Assembly: GCA_964349125.1 (NCBI GenBank)
Contig: CAYGFH010000005.1
Coordinates: 38,211-98,735 of the forward strand
DNA: 60,525 bases
From: an uncultured Gammaproteobacteria bacterium
Lineage (GTDB): Bacteria; Patescibacteriota; Microgenomatia; UBA10105; UBA927
Reading direction: 5' to 3'
Position numbers and translations under genes: made by a program. Every line of letters begins with the position of its first letter. Position 1 is the first letter of the stretch. The notes below the pieces were generated by a model. That model had not been told where the DNA came from. It was given only the letters and a program-made list of their open reading frames with translations, and did no database searches. Positions 10,371 to 20,466 of this stretch are shown one piece after another.

Positions 10371-10787
10371 ATGATTGAACAAACCGTAGTGCTTATTAAG
10401 CCTGATGGATTTCAGAAAAAAGTAGTGGGCCAAATTATAGACAGATTTGAACGGGCTGGACTGGAAATCAAAGCCATGAAATTGTCAAAGCTCACAAAAG
10501 AAATTCTCGATGTATGGTATGCGCATATCGCGGACAAGCCGTTTTATCCATCCATTGTTACCGATATGACGGTCACTCCCGTCGTTGCGATGGTATTGTC
10601 GGGGGAAGGCGCGATTCAAAAAGTATTTGATTTATGTGGTCCGACAGATCCTGCGGTAAATCCGGAAGGCACGATTCGCAAAGCATATGGAGAGAGTAAA
10701 GCACACAATGTCGTTCACCGAAGCGATTCACCCGAAGCCGCTGCCAAAGAAATAGGATTGCTGTTTACAGCGGGCGAACTCTATTAG
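10371..10787 (+). CDS. ndk: Nucleoside diphosphate kinase
   Basis: IKPDG, GPTDP, GTIRK and NVVHRSDS (catalytic His) motifs. Confidence 0.97.
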   Translation: MIEQTVVLIKPDGFQKKVVGQIIDRFERAGLEIKAMKLSKLTKEILDVWYAHIADKPFYPSIVTDMTVTPVVAMVLSGEGAIQKVFDLCGPTDPAVNPEGTIRKAYGESKAHNVVHRSDSPEAAAKEIGLLFTAGELY

Positions 10788-11383
10788 TTCCAGAACTCGA
10801 TAGTATTGTACGCAAGCGCTGTGGCATCAAAGGGAGCTTTTCCGATGGTCAATAGCATGGTTAGCGCTTCATAGGTAGTGAACATTTGGGCTGATTCATT
10901 GGATATCTGCCCATCTGTTAACCGTTCCCGATCGAGCAGGTATGCGATTTTTCCTGCAATTTCTCCGGATTTTTCATACGCTGCTATTTGCGTCATCCCC
11001 TTGAGTGGACGAAGCGCAACGCCGGAGCATCCTTGGGATCGAAATTGAGCGATGAGATCGGGATCATAGCCATGTTCCCGTGGTGATACAATGTGGTCAA
11101 TTTGCCCGGGTGAATGCAGGTTTCCAATGATTACCCCGGCGGCAGCACCGTCTAGTCCTAGAAATGTAGTAGCCTTAAATTCCACAGGTTTATGAAACGC
11201 GGCGTGCCGGCTGATAGAACCATCCATCCACCCTATTGCTACTCGTTGTAGCACCTGCTTTTTCATTACACGATCCTGATTCAGGAGTGTAAGAAATTCT
11301 ATCCATCGCGATTCTGCTTTATCGCACGCCGGATGGTCTTGGGATTCTAAATTCTTTGAGAGTAGTTCTCTGTGTACTGTCAT
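10784..11383 (-). CDS. Hypothetical protein
   Basis: 199-aa ORF; the 5' part may extend through a frameshift. Confidence 0.6.
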   Translation of the reverse strand: MTVHRELLSKNLESQDHPACDKAESRWIEFLTLLNQDRVMKKQVLQRVAIGWMDGSISRHAAFHKPVEFKATTFLGLDGAAAGVIIGNLHSPGQIDHIVSPREHGYDPDLIAQFRSQGCSGVALRPLKGMTQIAAYEKSGEIAGKIAYLLDRERLTDGQISNESAQMFTTYEALTMLLTIGKAPFDATALAYNTIEFWN

Positions 11384-11680
11384 CCGTCAATTTTACTACA
11401 GGATATATCTCGTCGTCCACCGCAATACCTATATGTTCCTGTTCATTTACAACATAAAAGGTCTTGCGATCAACGTTGATACAATCCCTGATGCCGGTCA
11501 ATAGACGAGCGTTGTGTCTAGTGGCAGAAAGCGACGCCGTGTTGTACTTTTTTATGAGCATTGCCTATACCAAACGGTTCGTGGATAGCTATAACGTCTA
11601 GTCGCCCTCCGACTGTCGCATAACATACCGCGTGGAGTGTCCCAAACACCCTAAGTTCGCTCCAGGGTATGTTTTATATG

Positions 11681-14600
11681 CTATTTCTTCTTTCTAGCCC
11701 TTCCTTTATTTTTTCGTATGCTGATATTATTTGTATCGACAGTCCCATTTGGAAAGATTGGAATATAAAGCGTGGCCTCCGAGTCGTATTCTAGTCTTAT
11801 AATCTCATCTGACCCATCATCTTTTTTAAACCGGCGAGGCGATTTCGTGAGAGATTCTACAATACCAAGAATGTCTGGACTTCTTGCAATTCTATTCAGT
11901 TTTTCGATTAACAGTTCATCTTCCAGATCGGCGCCTACTGTCGCATACACTTCTACAATTCGTTCATTTTTCTCAAGAAAATCTTGTGGTCTTCTTTTGA
12001 ATCGTAGCGTAACAGTGGTTTTTTTCCGGTTCACAGGAAATTCTATATCATCGAGTAATCCGGATGCTGCAATACGGGCAAGGTCTTGAGCGTTTATGGT
12101 ATTAGAGAGTCGTGTCGCCTTCACAGCACTGTTAGACCTATTTGAATACGGCGGTGAGGACAAATATCCAAGGGTAGAAAGTAGGAATTCTTTGCCGTTT
12201 GCATGTACCTCAGTTGATTGTATTCGACTTTTTGGGTTTTTACTACTCTGGTCGAGCACATCAAGTGCGGTTCGTGGCGAATCTTTTGGACGATCTATTT
12301 CCGAAAGTATCCGAGCATCCTCCGCAGCAAGAGAGACAATCTTAGGTTCGTTAAAAAATGCTGCGACAGTGTTTTCTCCGATGAACCCAAATGTATCAAT
12401 GGTCGGTATATCATCCGCCGTGATAGGGATAGACGCAGCAACCCCGGCAATTATGATATCTTCGTTTGGTATCCTTCTTCCGATAACCTTCTCTGTGTTA
12501 GAGTCTACTACAGGTTCTGTGAGAGCCTGTATGGATGGTCTAGATGGTTGTACCCCCACAGGTTTCAAGTCAGATGTATACGTATCGAGCTTAAATTTTA
12601 TTTGTTCGGGTGGGTCAGAGGGTCCTTTTGTGATGACAACTGTGACCGTTTTGGGTGTGCGTTTAATAATTGTATGCGTGCTCCCATCTTCGAAAAATAG
12701 TTGTGCATCTACGCGTAAAAGGTTCTCTCTAATATTTTTTTCCCTGTCAAAAATATCTATTGGCGCAACAATTATTCTTTTTTGAGAAATAGGCTCAAGA
12801 AGCGCGGGCATTTCATCCGTAAATCCCGTGGCAAAAATAACACGGTCTCCCTGTGCATCTTGTGAGTTTCCCTTCTCATCGAGCCAAAACACCTGAATTG
12901 TATCGGTAAAATTCTGTTCTATGCGTAGGGCTTTTCCCGGCTTGGAGGTGATTCTCTGATACGAGTATCCGGATCTTTCTAGATCGAGACCGACTCGTGC
13001 GTACCGTGGGCGCGCTTTCTTAAGAAAATCTTGCTTTGTGATCGCGGGTTGTCCTATCCAAGTGATACGCCTTGGCCAATCGAGCTGTATTGGGCCACGA
13101 TTATCTGGGCCATATCCCAATAATGATTCCATAACGGTATTTGCAGAGTCATTCGATCCGATCACAATCACATCACCGGTAAAAAACTTTCTGGGAAACG
13201 CTTGTGACCTATCTCCAATAATCTGATACACCCATGATGAGTGAAGTATCTTTGGTATAATCCCTGCATCAATATCGTTTTTTGCCCGTGCAATTACTTC
13301 TTGTGTCTCTTCATCCTGTGCGTCCAAAAGTGGGAACGCTTCTTTCCCGACTCCTGTGAGTTGCCGTATTCTATCGGTGATAATTTTTAGTTGTTTTACC
13401 CCTTCAGGCCCGGTGTATTCGATGGTTACTTTGTATTTTGCCTTCGGATTTATGCGATCGGATTCGGGAATAATTTCGTAGGAAGTGGCGCTGGCGTTTA
13501 GTAGTGTTGGCCCGGATAAAAATTTATTAGTTCGTATAGCAGTTGCAAAATCTTCCTGTGTAGCGTACGTGGATCCTGTAATATCTGGTAACTGAATCGC
13601 TGCGTGAGGGCCAAGGGGATTTAGATTACCCGGATTACCAGGGATCCCTGGTTCATCATTGTTTTGCGGACGGGTACGGCTATTTAATGCGAGCGCTGCG
13701 GCCTCAGCTTCTGCAAATTGTCCTCCAAGTCTTCTAGATGAGTCTATGGTTAGTACTTGTGCAGTAGGGCTACCATGCAGAAGCTCAGATGTATATATGC
13801 TACCTGCCAATCCGGATCCGATAACGAGCGTAGGCACATATGTGTAATTCGCCTCCAACGCTTCGGCGATTTTTTGACTTTCTGCCATTGCCGCTCTGTC
13901 CAGTGCCGTATTGAACAGCTCTCGTGTGCGCTCAGATGAGAGTATAGCTGAAAATAGTGCTGTGAATTCTCTATGTGTCTCATCTCTCTCTTTCGTGCTT
14001 TCGGCAAACTCATCTCTACGCTCAAGAAATGGTTGTGCGAAGCGTTTGAAATCGACATCTTTTGAAAGTAAAGAAAAGAACGACCGCAAATATGGTGATC
14101 GCAATCGTTTTGCCCTGTACTCATGAGACAAAATTCTATCGGGTCGATTTTCCGGATCATAGGAAAGACCCGGAAGTTTTCTCCGATCAGTTAGGATCGG
14201 CCGTAGAGACTCATTTGCTTGTTTGATAGCATCAAATGGAGCTGGATTTCGCCTCTCCTCTGCGTCGAGGAGTAATCTGACATACAAATCTGTCCTCGTG
14301 TCACTGGGCGAGCTCTTGTTAATGACATTTGACACCACAGTCTGAAGGAATAGATACCGTTCTGTGCTTTGTTGTCTCTCTTCACTGACACCCTTCAATC
14401 GCGCATATCCAATTTTCAAGGCTACAGGGATTAACGCATTTAATCTTTCTGAGCGTCTGTCAGATGTATACTCGGGGGCATTCGTGTTTATTTTATTCGC
14501 CAGCAGTATTGCCAGTAATGATTTTTCATTTTTTGTCAGACCGGTATTTTCTATGCTTTTTGCGCCAGCTTTCACGTCTTCAGAAATAGAAGGTAATTGT

Positions 14601-14827
14601 CCGACTGAGCCTGCTACTGCTTCGACAATTTGCTCAGCTTTTTCTTCAGCTGTAACAAGATTTCTCGTAAATTCTGCTCGTATTCGTGTGACGGGCAACA
14701 CCACAGAGACGCTTGGTCTTCCTCGATTCTCTCGTGTCGGAATAACGGTATCGAGTAATAAGTCATATTCAATATCGTTCGTCCATTCAGGAAAAGATTG
14801 GCGTTCTTGATTTTGTGATTCAGCCAT
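11681..14827 (-). CDS. Large FAD/NAD(P)-binding oxidoreductase-like protein (1048 aa)
   Basis: LVIGSGLAG Rossmann motif, D..RRLGGQ, second dinucleotide motif VIVIGSNDSA, VIFATGF. Confidence 0.8.
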   Translation of the reverse strand: MAESQNQERQSFPEWTNDIEYDLLLDTVIPTRENRGRPSVSVVLPVTRIRAEFTRNLVTAEEKAEQIVEAVAGSVGQLPSISEDVKAGAKSIENTGLTKNEKSLLAILLANKINTNAPEYTSDRRSERLNALIPVALKIGYARLKGVSEERQQSTERYLFLQTVVSNVINKSSPSDTRTDLYVRLLLDAEERRNPAPFDAIKQANESLRPILTDRRKLPGLSYDPENRPDRILSHEYRAKRLRSPYLRSFFSLLSKDVDFKRFAQPFLERRDEFAESTKERDETHREFTALFSAILSSERTRELFNTALDRAAMAESQKIAEALEANYTYVPTLVIGSGLAGSIYTSELLHGSPTAQVLTIDSSRRLGGQFAEAEAAALALNSRTRPQNNDEPGIPGNPGNLNPLGPHAAIQLPDITGSTYATQEDFATAIRTNKFLSGPTLLNASATSYEIIPESDRINPKAKYKVTIEYTGPEGVKQLKIITDRIRQLTGVGKEAFPLLDAQDEETQEVIARAKNDIDAGIIPKILHSSWVYQIIGDRSQAFPRKFFTGDVIVIGSNDSANTVMESLLGYGPDNRGPIQLDWPRRITWIGQPAITKQDFLKKARPRYARVGLDLERSGYSYQRITSKPGKALRIEQNFTDTIQVFWLDEKGNSQDAQGDRVIFATGFTDEMPALLEPISQKRIIVAPIDIFDREKNIRENLLRVDAQLFFEDGSTHTIIKRTPKTVTVVITKGPSDPPEQIKFKLDTYTSDLKPVGVQPSRPSIQALTEPVVDSNTEKVIGRRIPNEDIIIAGVAASIPITADDIPTIDTFGFIGENTVAAFFNEPKIVSLAAEDARILSEIDRPKDSPRTALDVLDQSSKNPKSRIQSTEVHANGKEFLLSTLGYLSSPPYSNRSNSAVKATRLSNTINAQDLARIAASGLLDDIEFPVNRKKTTVTLRFKRRPQDFLEKNERIVEVYATVGADLEDELLIEKLNRIARSPDILGIVESLTKSPRRFKKDDGSDEIIRLEYDSEATLYIPIFPNGTVDTNNISIRKNKGRARKKK

Positions 14828-14886
14828 ATAAGCCAGTATGGCATGGTCTCAGAATATCTGACAAGTATATATCTCTGCGCGTTTTC

Positions 14887-16002
14887 TTATCGTTTCTTCT
14901 TACTTCTCTTGTGCTGTGTTGTGTGAAATGCATCTTTATATGCCAATTCCATATCACGCATCAATGCAAGCCGTTTATGTATCATTTCCATAGGAATACC
15001 CGCGTTTAGTAAGATCTGGTACTGCTTTTTTCCAATTGTTTGTATCGATTGCCAATTCATTTTGGGGTATACCCGTTCAATCTTAGGAATTAATGTCCTG
15101 ATAGTGGCCATGAGCATGGTTGCCGATATACTATCCGTAGGATCTTCTGTCACCCTGAGCGTATGTTCCTGTTTGCGAAATTTGCTTCGTATATTGGGTG
15201 ATTGTCGCCGCAGTAGTGCCAGCGCAAGGCGTTTCCACATGCGTGCTTCATACACCCACATTTCGGTCTCAATAGCGTTTCTGGTTCGGTGTGTATCTTC
15301 AAGATCTACAATGACACCGGATAGCGCATGGCGTTCCGGTTTCAATGACAGATTATCGATAAGCGTTCCCGGATATGCGGAGGATACATGCACCTCATCG
15401 TGGAGTAAATGCGAAACCTGTTCTATGGTGAAGCGTTGTGTTATCACTATATTTTCATTACGCACGAACCTGCGTTTGGTGCTCTGTCTGCGCGGGATAT
15501 ATGCCACGATCAGTGATTCACGATTTCTCCGTTTGGTAATCACGTTCCCGTTTCGCATATCAAATCCGTAGGTGCGTGTACAGTCTTCCCGCAGTCTGGC
15601 ATTACTCGTTGTATGACCGGTCTCATCCTTCAATTCCTTGAGGCCGCCTCGTATGATTTCATCCGGTGTCGGGTTCGGAATGTCTAATCCGCCACCCCCC
15701 GGAAGTATATACATATCCGGGCTTTTACTATCGGCGTCTTTCTTCTCCCAGATAATACGGGTGAGATGGGGAGTAGGTGAACAGAATTGCCTGAACACAT
15801 GTATAGCAGTACTCGCGTCCGAGATACGGGTAAAGACATTCCTAATCTCTTTCCGATTTAGAAACATGCCGTGCCGCATTTCGCCAAACGAAGCTACCTG
15901 TAGCGCGATGACGCGAGAGACATCTCGAAACTCCTCGTGTATATCGAGTTCAGGCCTGTTCATCGCACCAGTTCCCTGTTCCATTTCTGTTCCTTTTGAC
16001 AT
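14887..16002 (-). CDS. Nudix-domain protein
   Basis: ILPGGGG...GGLKELKDETG Nudix box; paralogous to the N-terminus of the upstream gene. Confidence 0.75.
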   Translation of the reverse strand: MSKGTEMEQGTGAMNRPELDIHEEFRDVSRVIALQVASFGEMRHGMFLNRKEIRNVFTRISDASTAIHVFRQFCSPTPHLTRIIWEKKDADSKSPDMYILPGGGGLDIPNPTPDEIIRGGLKELKDETGHTTSNARLREDCTRTYGFDMRNGNVITKRRNRESLIVAYIPRRQSTKRRFVRNENIVITQRFTIEQVSHLLHDEVHVSSAYPGTLIDNLSLKPERHALSGVIVDLEDTHRTRNAIETEMWVYEARMWKRLALALLRRQSPNIRSKFRKQEHTLRVTEDPTDSISATMLMATIRTLIPKIERVYPKMNWQSIQTIGKKQYQILLNAGIPMEMIHKRLALMRDMELAYKDAFHTTQHKRSKKKR

Positions 16003-16123
16003 ATATGTTGATCGATATTATACAACAAATATCCTATAACATGCTACCAATGGTATTTAGTAGGATAAAGGCACGTATACCCGGATATGTGTGTAGGAGC
16101 GTTTTCCATACTTCATTACCAGG

Positions 16124-18757
16124 TTAATTATTGCTCGAATCACGCCTAAATAGCACGGTAGATTCTATTTTTTTCGCCAAATCGAGCAGGAGTTGATGGT
16201 ACCAGGTAAATATTCGCATCCGGATCGAGCTGGGGAGTGCATAGAACGGGTCTTTACGCTTGTGGTACTCCGACATGACATCGTTATATGCTTTTTTTGA
16301 TCCAAAAAGAGTTTCCAACATGGAATACCTATGTTCAATAAACTGAATATGACGCCTAAAATTATAATCAGGGTCATCGAGCTTTTTGTGTATAAGGTCG
16401 TCCAGTGATCTGAATATTTGCCACTCAAGCTCATATACGCCGGAATCATCGTGCATCATATATCCATATTTTAACCATTGAAATGAGTCGCTATCTGATG
16501 CGGCGCTGCCGCCATCCTGAGGCTCTATAGTAAGGATTTTTGAAAATTTTTTATCCCATCGACCTTTCTCCAATGTGTGTTTTGGGTGCAGTGATGCCCG
16601 TCTTTCATCTAACTGATCATGAAATTTCACCAGTATTCGTTGTATTGCCCATACACTGAAGTAGTCGGCCATTTCTGAAAGGTGATCATTTGACAGGTGA
16701 GGGTATTCTTCGGAGAGCGCTTTTTTCCATGAATCTATGTCCAATGCCAGCATGAAGCCAAATTCATCTGTCATTTCACGCTCTGGATGCTCCAATATGC
16801 CCTGCGCAAGAAATTTTCTGTATCTGGAATACTTATCTTTTTCTCGCAGCGAGAAGAATATATCCACATCAAATTGGCTTACATCTATATCCCGAAATAC
16901 AGGATCAGTAAATTCGCCATCGTATGGACGTGATGAGCGGTCCGGGGGTATTGCGAGCAATTCTTTCGGGATATGATGCCTGGTGTATCTACCCCCCTCT
17001 ATAGTGATCGTCTCAACAGGCGCGCCGATGATTGCTTTTGCAGATTCTCTGATAGGTTTGATATGCAAGTTTGTTTTTACTCGAGCAGCCGCATCCACCC
17101 GATCCATGTGAAGTTCATGTACGAGCTTGCACAGGGCAGCAGCCCGTTCTGAAGCGTGCACAGGTTCATCTGCGTATTGATCTACTCCGAGTATAATCAT
17201 CATAAGTTCTCCAATTTCCGACGTGGATGTACCCAGCGGATCACCGTTGAGGCGATTAAGATTTTCCTTTGGAATTTTGTGTGAGAGTGCGAGGATTTCC
17301 TTTTCGATAAATTTATTGACTTCCCCGGATAAATACCCTAATTTTTCCGGATCACCTATTCGCCAAACTTCGGCTGATGTCGGATTGCAAAATCGTTTTG
17401 CCAGAGTTTTACCAACCTGCTCGTACGCCTTAAAATCACTAAATTCCAATTGTCTGTAGAGATTAAATTGCTCTAACAGCTGTGCATGCCACATATCATT
17501 TCTCGGATTTATCTCAAAAACATCACATATTGTATCGATAATATGCTTGAGTTCCGGGCATCTGCTGATGATGCTATATTCGTATGCACCCCAAGTCTCA
17601 ACCTGACTAATGGTATGCGCGAGTAGCAGAGGAAACTGAGGGCCCGCTTCTTTATAATACTCTGTCGTGATATCTAATTTGACTTGACGGACTGCCTCAT
17701 TCATTAACATAGTAAGCATAGATCGTTTTGCAATGCGCTCTTTCGTGACACCTCGTTTTGTGAGTGAAACAATTGTCTGTTCTGGGAATAGGGCAGGGCC
17801 AATAGGTGATAAGGGATTGAGTCGTTTTTCAATTTTTTGTATGAAACCTAATGTTTTGGACAAATCCCTCTGGGCTTCACTCTTCGTCGTAGGTTTTGGT
17901 GCTGCTATAAAATGGCGGATGCTACTGGTAAGCTCCGATTTACCAATTTTTGATAATTGGAGCAATCGAGATAAGACTTTCCTTTGTATAAACGATTCAT
18001 AAACATAGCTTTCCGTTTCGACCGTTTGGGTGAATTGATCCGGTGAATTGTAGAGTTGCACCCTGGCTTTTTTATGATTTTTCGTATCGCGGGATAAGCT
18101 GTCCACTATTGGGTAAAATTTACCGTCAATAGTGAGTCCATTATTGGCAAATAGCGTTGTCACTTGACTTGGCAGCAGTCCGACGACGTTTTGAAGTTTG
18201 TCTTTCGGGTCGAAATAATTGACTTTATCGTGTGGCGCGCCCTTTGCAATCACTAGGTGTGTGGTATTTTTTAACCGTCCTGGGGATTTTATATCAGGTA
18301 ATCGGGGATGATCAAAACTATATGTATATGAGGCATTTGGTGCGACATGCGCTTTGTGAGCATTTAAATGCACCTCATCAAATAGCTCTCGACGGGCTGT
18401 CTTCAATATTGTTTTTTCAGAGATGGGTTTTTCTGGATCTACTTTTATTCCGCCGCCTCCAGGCAAAATGAGCTGCTCAGGATTTACAACCGCCTTTCCG
18501 TTTGCTTTGATTTCCATCATGACGGTGGTCATCTGGGGCATGGCAGATGAGTGATCATGAAACAGCTCATGTTCCAGCGCGATACCGGTAGCGGCCGTAC
18601 CGGCAAGTATCGTGTCTATATTCCCGGGAGATGGGATCATTTGCGATTCGATCGTTGTCCCGTCCATTCTGTAAAGCGCGACACGAACTGTGTCCTGGTG
18701 GTACACATGTTCTGGTGATTTTCTATCTTCTTTATACTGTGATTCAAGTGCATTCAT
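16124..18757 (-). CDS. Nudix + RelA/SpoT-like nucleotidyltransferase fusion (~877 aa)
   Basis: Nudix box LPGGGG...ARRELFDEVH; RSH-synthetase-like motifs REKDKYSRYRK, DEFG and EWQIF. Confidence 0.7.
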   Translation of the reverse strand: MNALESQYKEDRKSPEHVYHQDTVRVALYRMDGTTIESQMIPSPGNIDTILAGTAATGIALEHELFHDHSSAMPQMTTVMMEIKANGKAVVNPEQLILPGGGGIKVDPEKPISEKTILKTARRELFDEVHLNAHKAHVAPNASYTYSFDHPRLPDIKSPGRLKNTTHLVIAKGAPHDKVNYFDPKDKLQNVVGLLPSQVTTLFANNGLTIDGKFYPIVDSLSRDTKNHKKARVQLYNSPDQFTQTVETESYVYESFIQRKVLSRLLQLSKIGKSELTSSIRHFIAAPKPTTKSEAQRDLSKTLGFIQKIEKRLNPLSPIGPALFPEQTIVSLTKRGVTKERIAKRSMLTMLMNEAVRQVKLDITTEYYKEAGPQFPLLLAHTISQVETWGAYEYSIISRCPELKHIIDTICDVFEINPRNDMWHAQLLEQFNLYRQLEFSDFKAYEQVGKTLAKRFCNPTSAEVWRIGDPEKLGYLSGEVNKFIEKEILALSHKIPKENLNRLNGDPLGTSTSEIGELMMIILGVDQYADEPVHASERAAALCKLVHELHMDRVDAAARVKTNLHIKPIRESAKAIIGAPVETITIEGGRYTRHHIPKELLAIPPDRSSRPYDGEFTDPVFRDIDVSQFDVDIFFSLREKDKYSRYRKFLAQGILEHPEREMTDEFGFMLALDIDSWKKALSEEYPHLSNDHLSEMADYFSVWAIQRILVKFHDQLDERRASLHPKHTLEKGRWDKKFSKILTIEPQDGGSAASDSDSFQWLKYGYMMHDDSGVYELEWQIFRSLDDLIHKKLDDPDYNFRRHIQFIEHRYSMLETLFGSKKAYNDVMSEYHKRKDPFYALPSSIRMRIFTWYHQLLLDLAKKIESTVLFRRDSSNN

Positions 18758-18830
18758 AATTGACACGTCGCCTACGCGACATAGTTCCTTCTAAGCTCAT
18801 TCATATGAATGAATTCGCTAAGTAGTCACT

Positions 18831-18852
18831 AAAAAACCCGCTTATCGCGGGT
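18831..18852 (-). terminator. Intrinsic terminator (attenuator C:D hairpin) upstream of the Nudix-RSH gene
   Basis: Minus strand ACCCGC-GAUAA-GCGGGU followed by U-tract. Confidence 0.75.
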
Positions 18853-18884
18853 GTAATTTATAAGGTTTTATGATTCCTATTCCA

Positions 18885-18953
18885 TTACACCCTCGACCCA
18901 TCCCAAAGAAGGGCTGGTTTTCGTGTAATAAAATGGACGACGAATTGATTCAT
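18885..18953 (-). CDS. Putative attenuator leader peptide MNQFVVHFITRKPALLWDGSRV*
   Basis: TACTAT 7 nt upstream; stop codon lies inside the antiterminator strand (18884..18892). Confidence 0.6.
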   Translation of the reverse strand: MNQFVVHFITRKPALLWDGSRV

Positions 18954-19009
18954 AAAACTCATAGTAATGTATCACACATATTTGAAATATGTCAACTCTT
19001 TGTCATAAC

Positions 19010-19038
19010 TTCAAAGCTAAGCTTTGAAATTTTCCGGA
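19010..19038. repeat. Palindrome TTCAAAGCTAAGCTTTGAA plus tail ATTTCCGGAG, copy 1
   Basis: Inverted second copy at 40810..40839. Confidence 0.85.
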
Positions 19039-19318
19039 GCGTATGGATGGGCTGTAAAAACGATAAAACCCCACTTTTTCAAATTGAATCAATGGGGCTT
19101 TAATCACGTATTTCTTTTTTTAAGCAGTGTTACCGTGTGGGGGAGATGTCTCAATCCCGACGTATGTCGGGACTAGGAAAACTCCCACACACACAGATAT
19201 TAATACTTAGTCAAATTGAATTGACTATTTTTTCCTGCAGGTTCATGTGTCTGGAAGTTTTTTCAGTGTCCGAAAGTTAGCTCTCGAGGGCGAATCGAAA
19301 ATATCTTTCGGGTTGGGT

Positions 19319-19756
19319 TTATTGTTGGGTTGCTTCTGGCGTAACTTTGAAAATAGTGCCAATCAAAGCTAATATCCCAGTGACTGTAACCAGAACGGTG
19401 TAAGCCAGCATAATCCAGCCATCCGCAACTTGAAATTCAGCGAGTTCATGAATTCCAAATGGGGTAACCTGAGTGACTAACACCATGCCAGTTGCCAAGG
19501 TTACAAAACCCATAACACCAACTAAAACTCTTGCGATTATCGGAGTTTGAGAATTGTTGAGCCAAGGGCTCATTGCCAAAAGCATGCCTAACGTACAGCC
19601 AAGAGTGTAGGAGAACATATAGTTTGTGCCACCGCTGACTGAAAACCAAACAGCATCTTCAGTCCACGCATTCACTGCGGTTTGAGCGGACCAAAGAAAT
19701 GCAAATGACAAAACTAACCCGGCTACTGTCACAAGCAATCTACCTAAATTCTTCAT
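19319..19756 (-). CDS. Four-TM membrane protein
   Basis: Four hydrophobic helices; strong SD AAAGGAGGTA. Confidence 0.85.
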   Translation of the reverse strand: MKNLGRLLVTVAGLVLSFAFLWSAQTAVNAWTEDAVWFSVSGGTNYMFSYTLGCTLGMLLAMSPWLNNSQTPIIARVLVGVMGFVTLATGMVLVTQVTPFGIHELAEFQVADGWIMLAYTVLVTVTGILALIGTIFKVTPEATQQ

Positions 19757-20066
19757 GGTCTACCTCCTTTCTTTATCATGATCTTCATCAGTCGCCCGAG
19801 GCACAGCCTCTCTCCAAAGCTGATGAAGTGTCAGATCGCATCCGTGGCGTATGGCTGTCCCAGCCGCCTGCGATCGGGGTCAAAGATGACCTGTGTGAAA
19901 AAGAAGAAGGTCATCTTCTGTTTCATTCAGGCCACCTATGTCAAAAAGGAGTGTTCTGCAGAAAATTGGTAATGTGCAATATAAAAAATACGTATTGATA
20001 CAAAGCCGCAAATGGCCATATTCAACGAATAGAGTATAACACTATAAGCTATATATATCAAACCAA

Positions 20067-20140
20067 GGACACGTCGCTCACGCGACATATGTGGCAGTAC
20101 GCCTTGCTCAGGCTTAGGCTACTGCCACAAAAAAATCCCT
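20067..20140. repeat. Dispersed repeat GGACACGTCGCT...ATATGTGGCAGTACGCC...AAAAATCCCT, copy 1
   Basis: First 37 nt nearly identical to 21032..21068 and both copies end in AAAAATCCCT; partial copy at 18762..18783. Confidence 0.8.
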
Positions 20141-20200
20141 AGATCAGTCAGACGCGTTTGCCTGAGATATAAGGATTTATGTTTGTTCGTATCTTATCTT

Positions 20201-20286
20201 TTTCTACAACGCGTTAATTGAAACAATCAACCCCGATACAATCGGGATCAACGCAATTGATTGCTTCAGAAAGAGCGTTGTAGAAA
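20201..20286. repeat. Long REP/MITE-like imperfect palindrome
   Basis: Ends TTTCTACAACGC / GCGTTGTAGAAA with a central CCCCGA-TACAA-TCGGG hairpin. Confidence 0.75.
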
Positions 20287-20466
20287 TAGGTGAAAGGGTC
20301 ATATGAAATGGATTGTCTGCACGATTGCAGCAAAAGTTTCATAGTTTTTTTCAGCTATTTTTTTGGGGAATCCGACGTTTGTCAGATTACGCTCAAGTTC
20401 ACCTTCTCCGGCGCAAAACCAAGAATTATCATCTTGGCTGAAGGATGCAAGACCGGAGAAGGGAGG

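Noticed and set aside
11319-11561. Independent 80-aa gene
   Set aside because: It overlaps the next ORF by 65 nt and lacks start signals; it may be a frameshifted remnant but cannot be supported.
19757-19830. Hammerhead ribozyme (CTGATGA motifs)
   Set aside because: No properly placed stem II and GAAA core could be built; the motifs simply form one hairpin.
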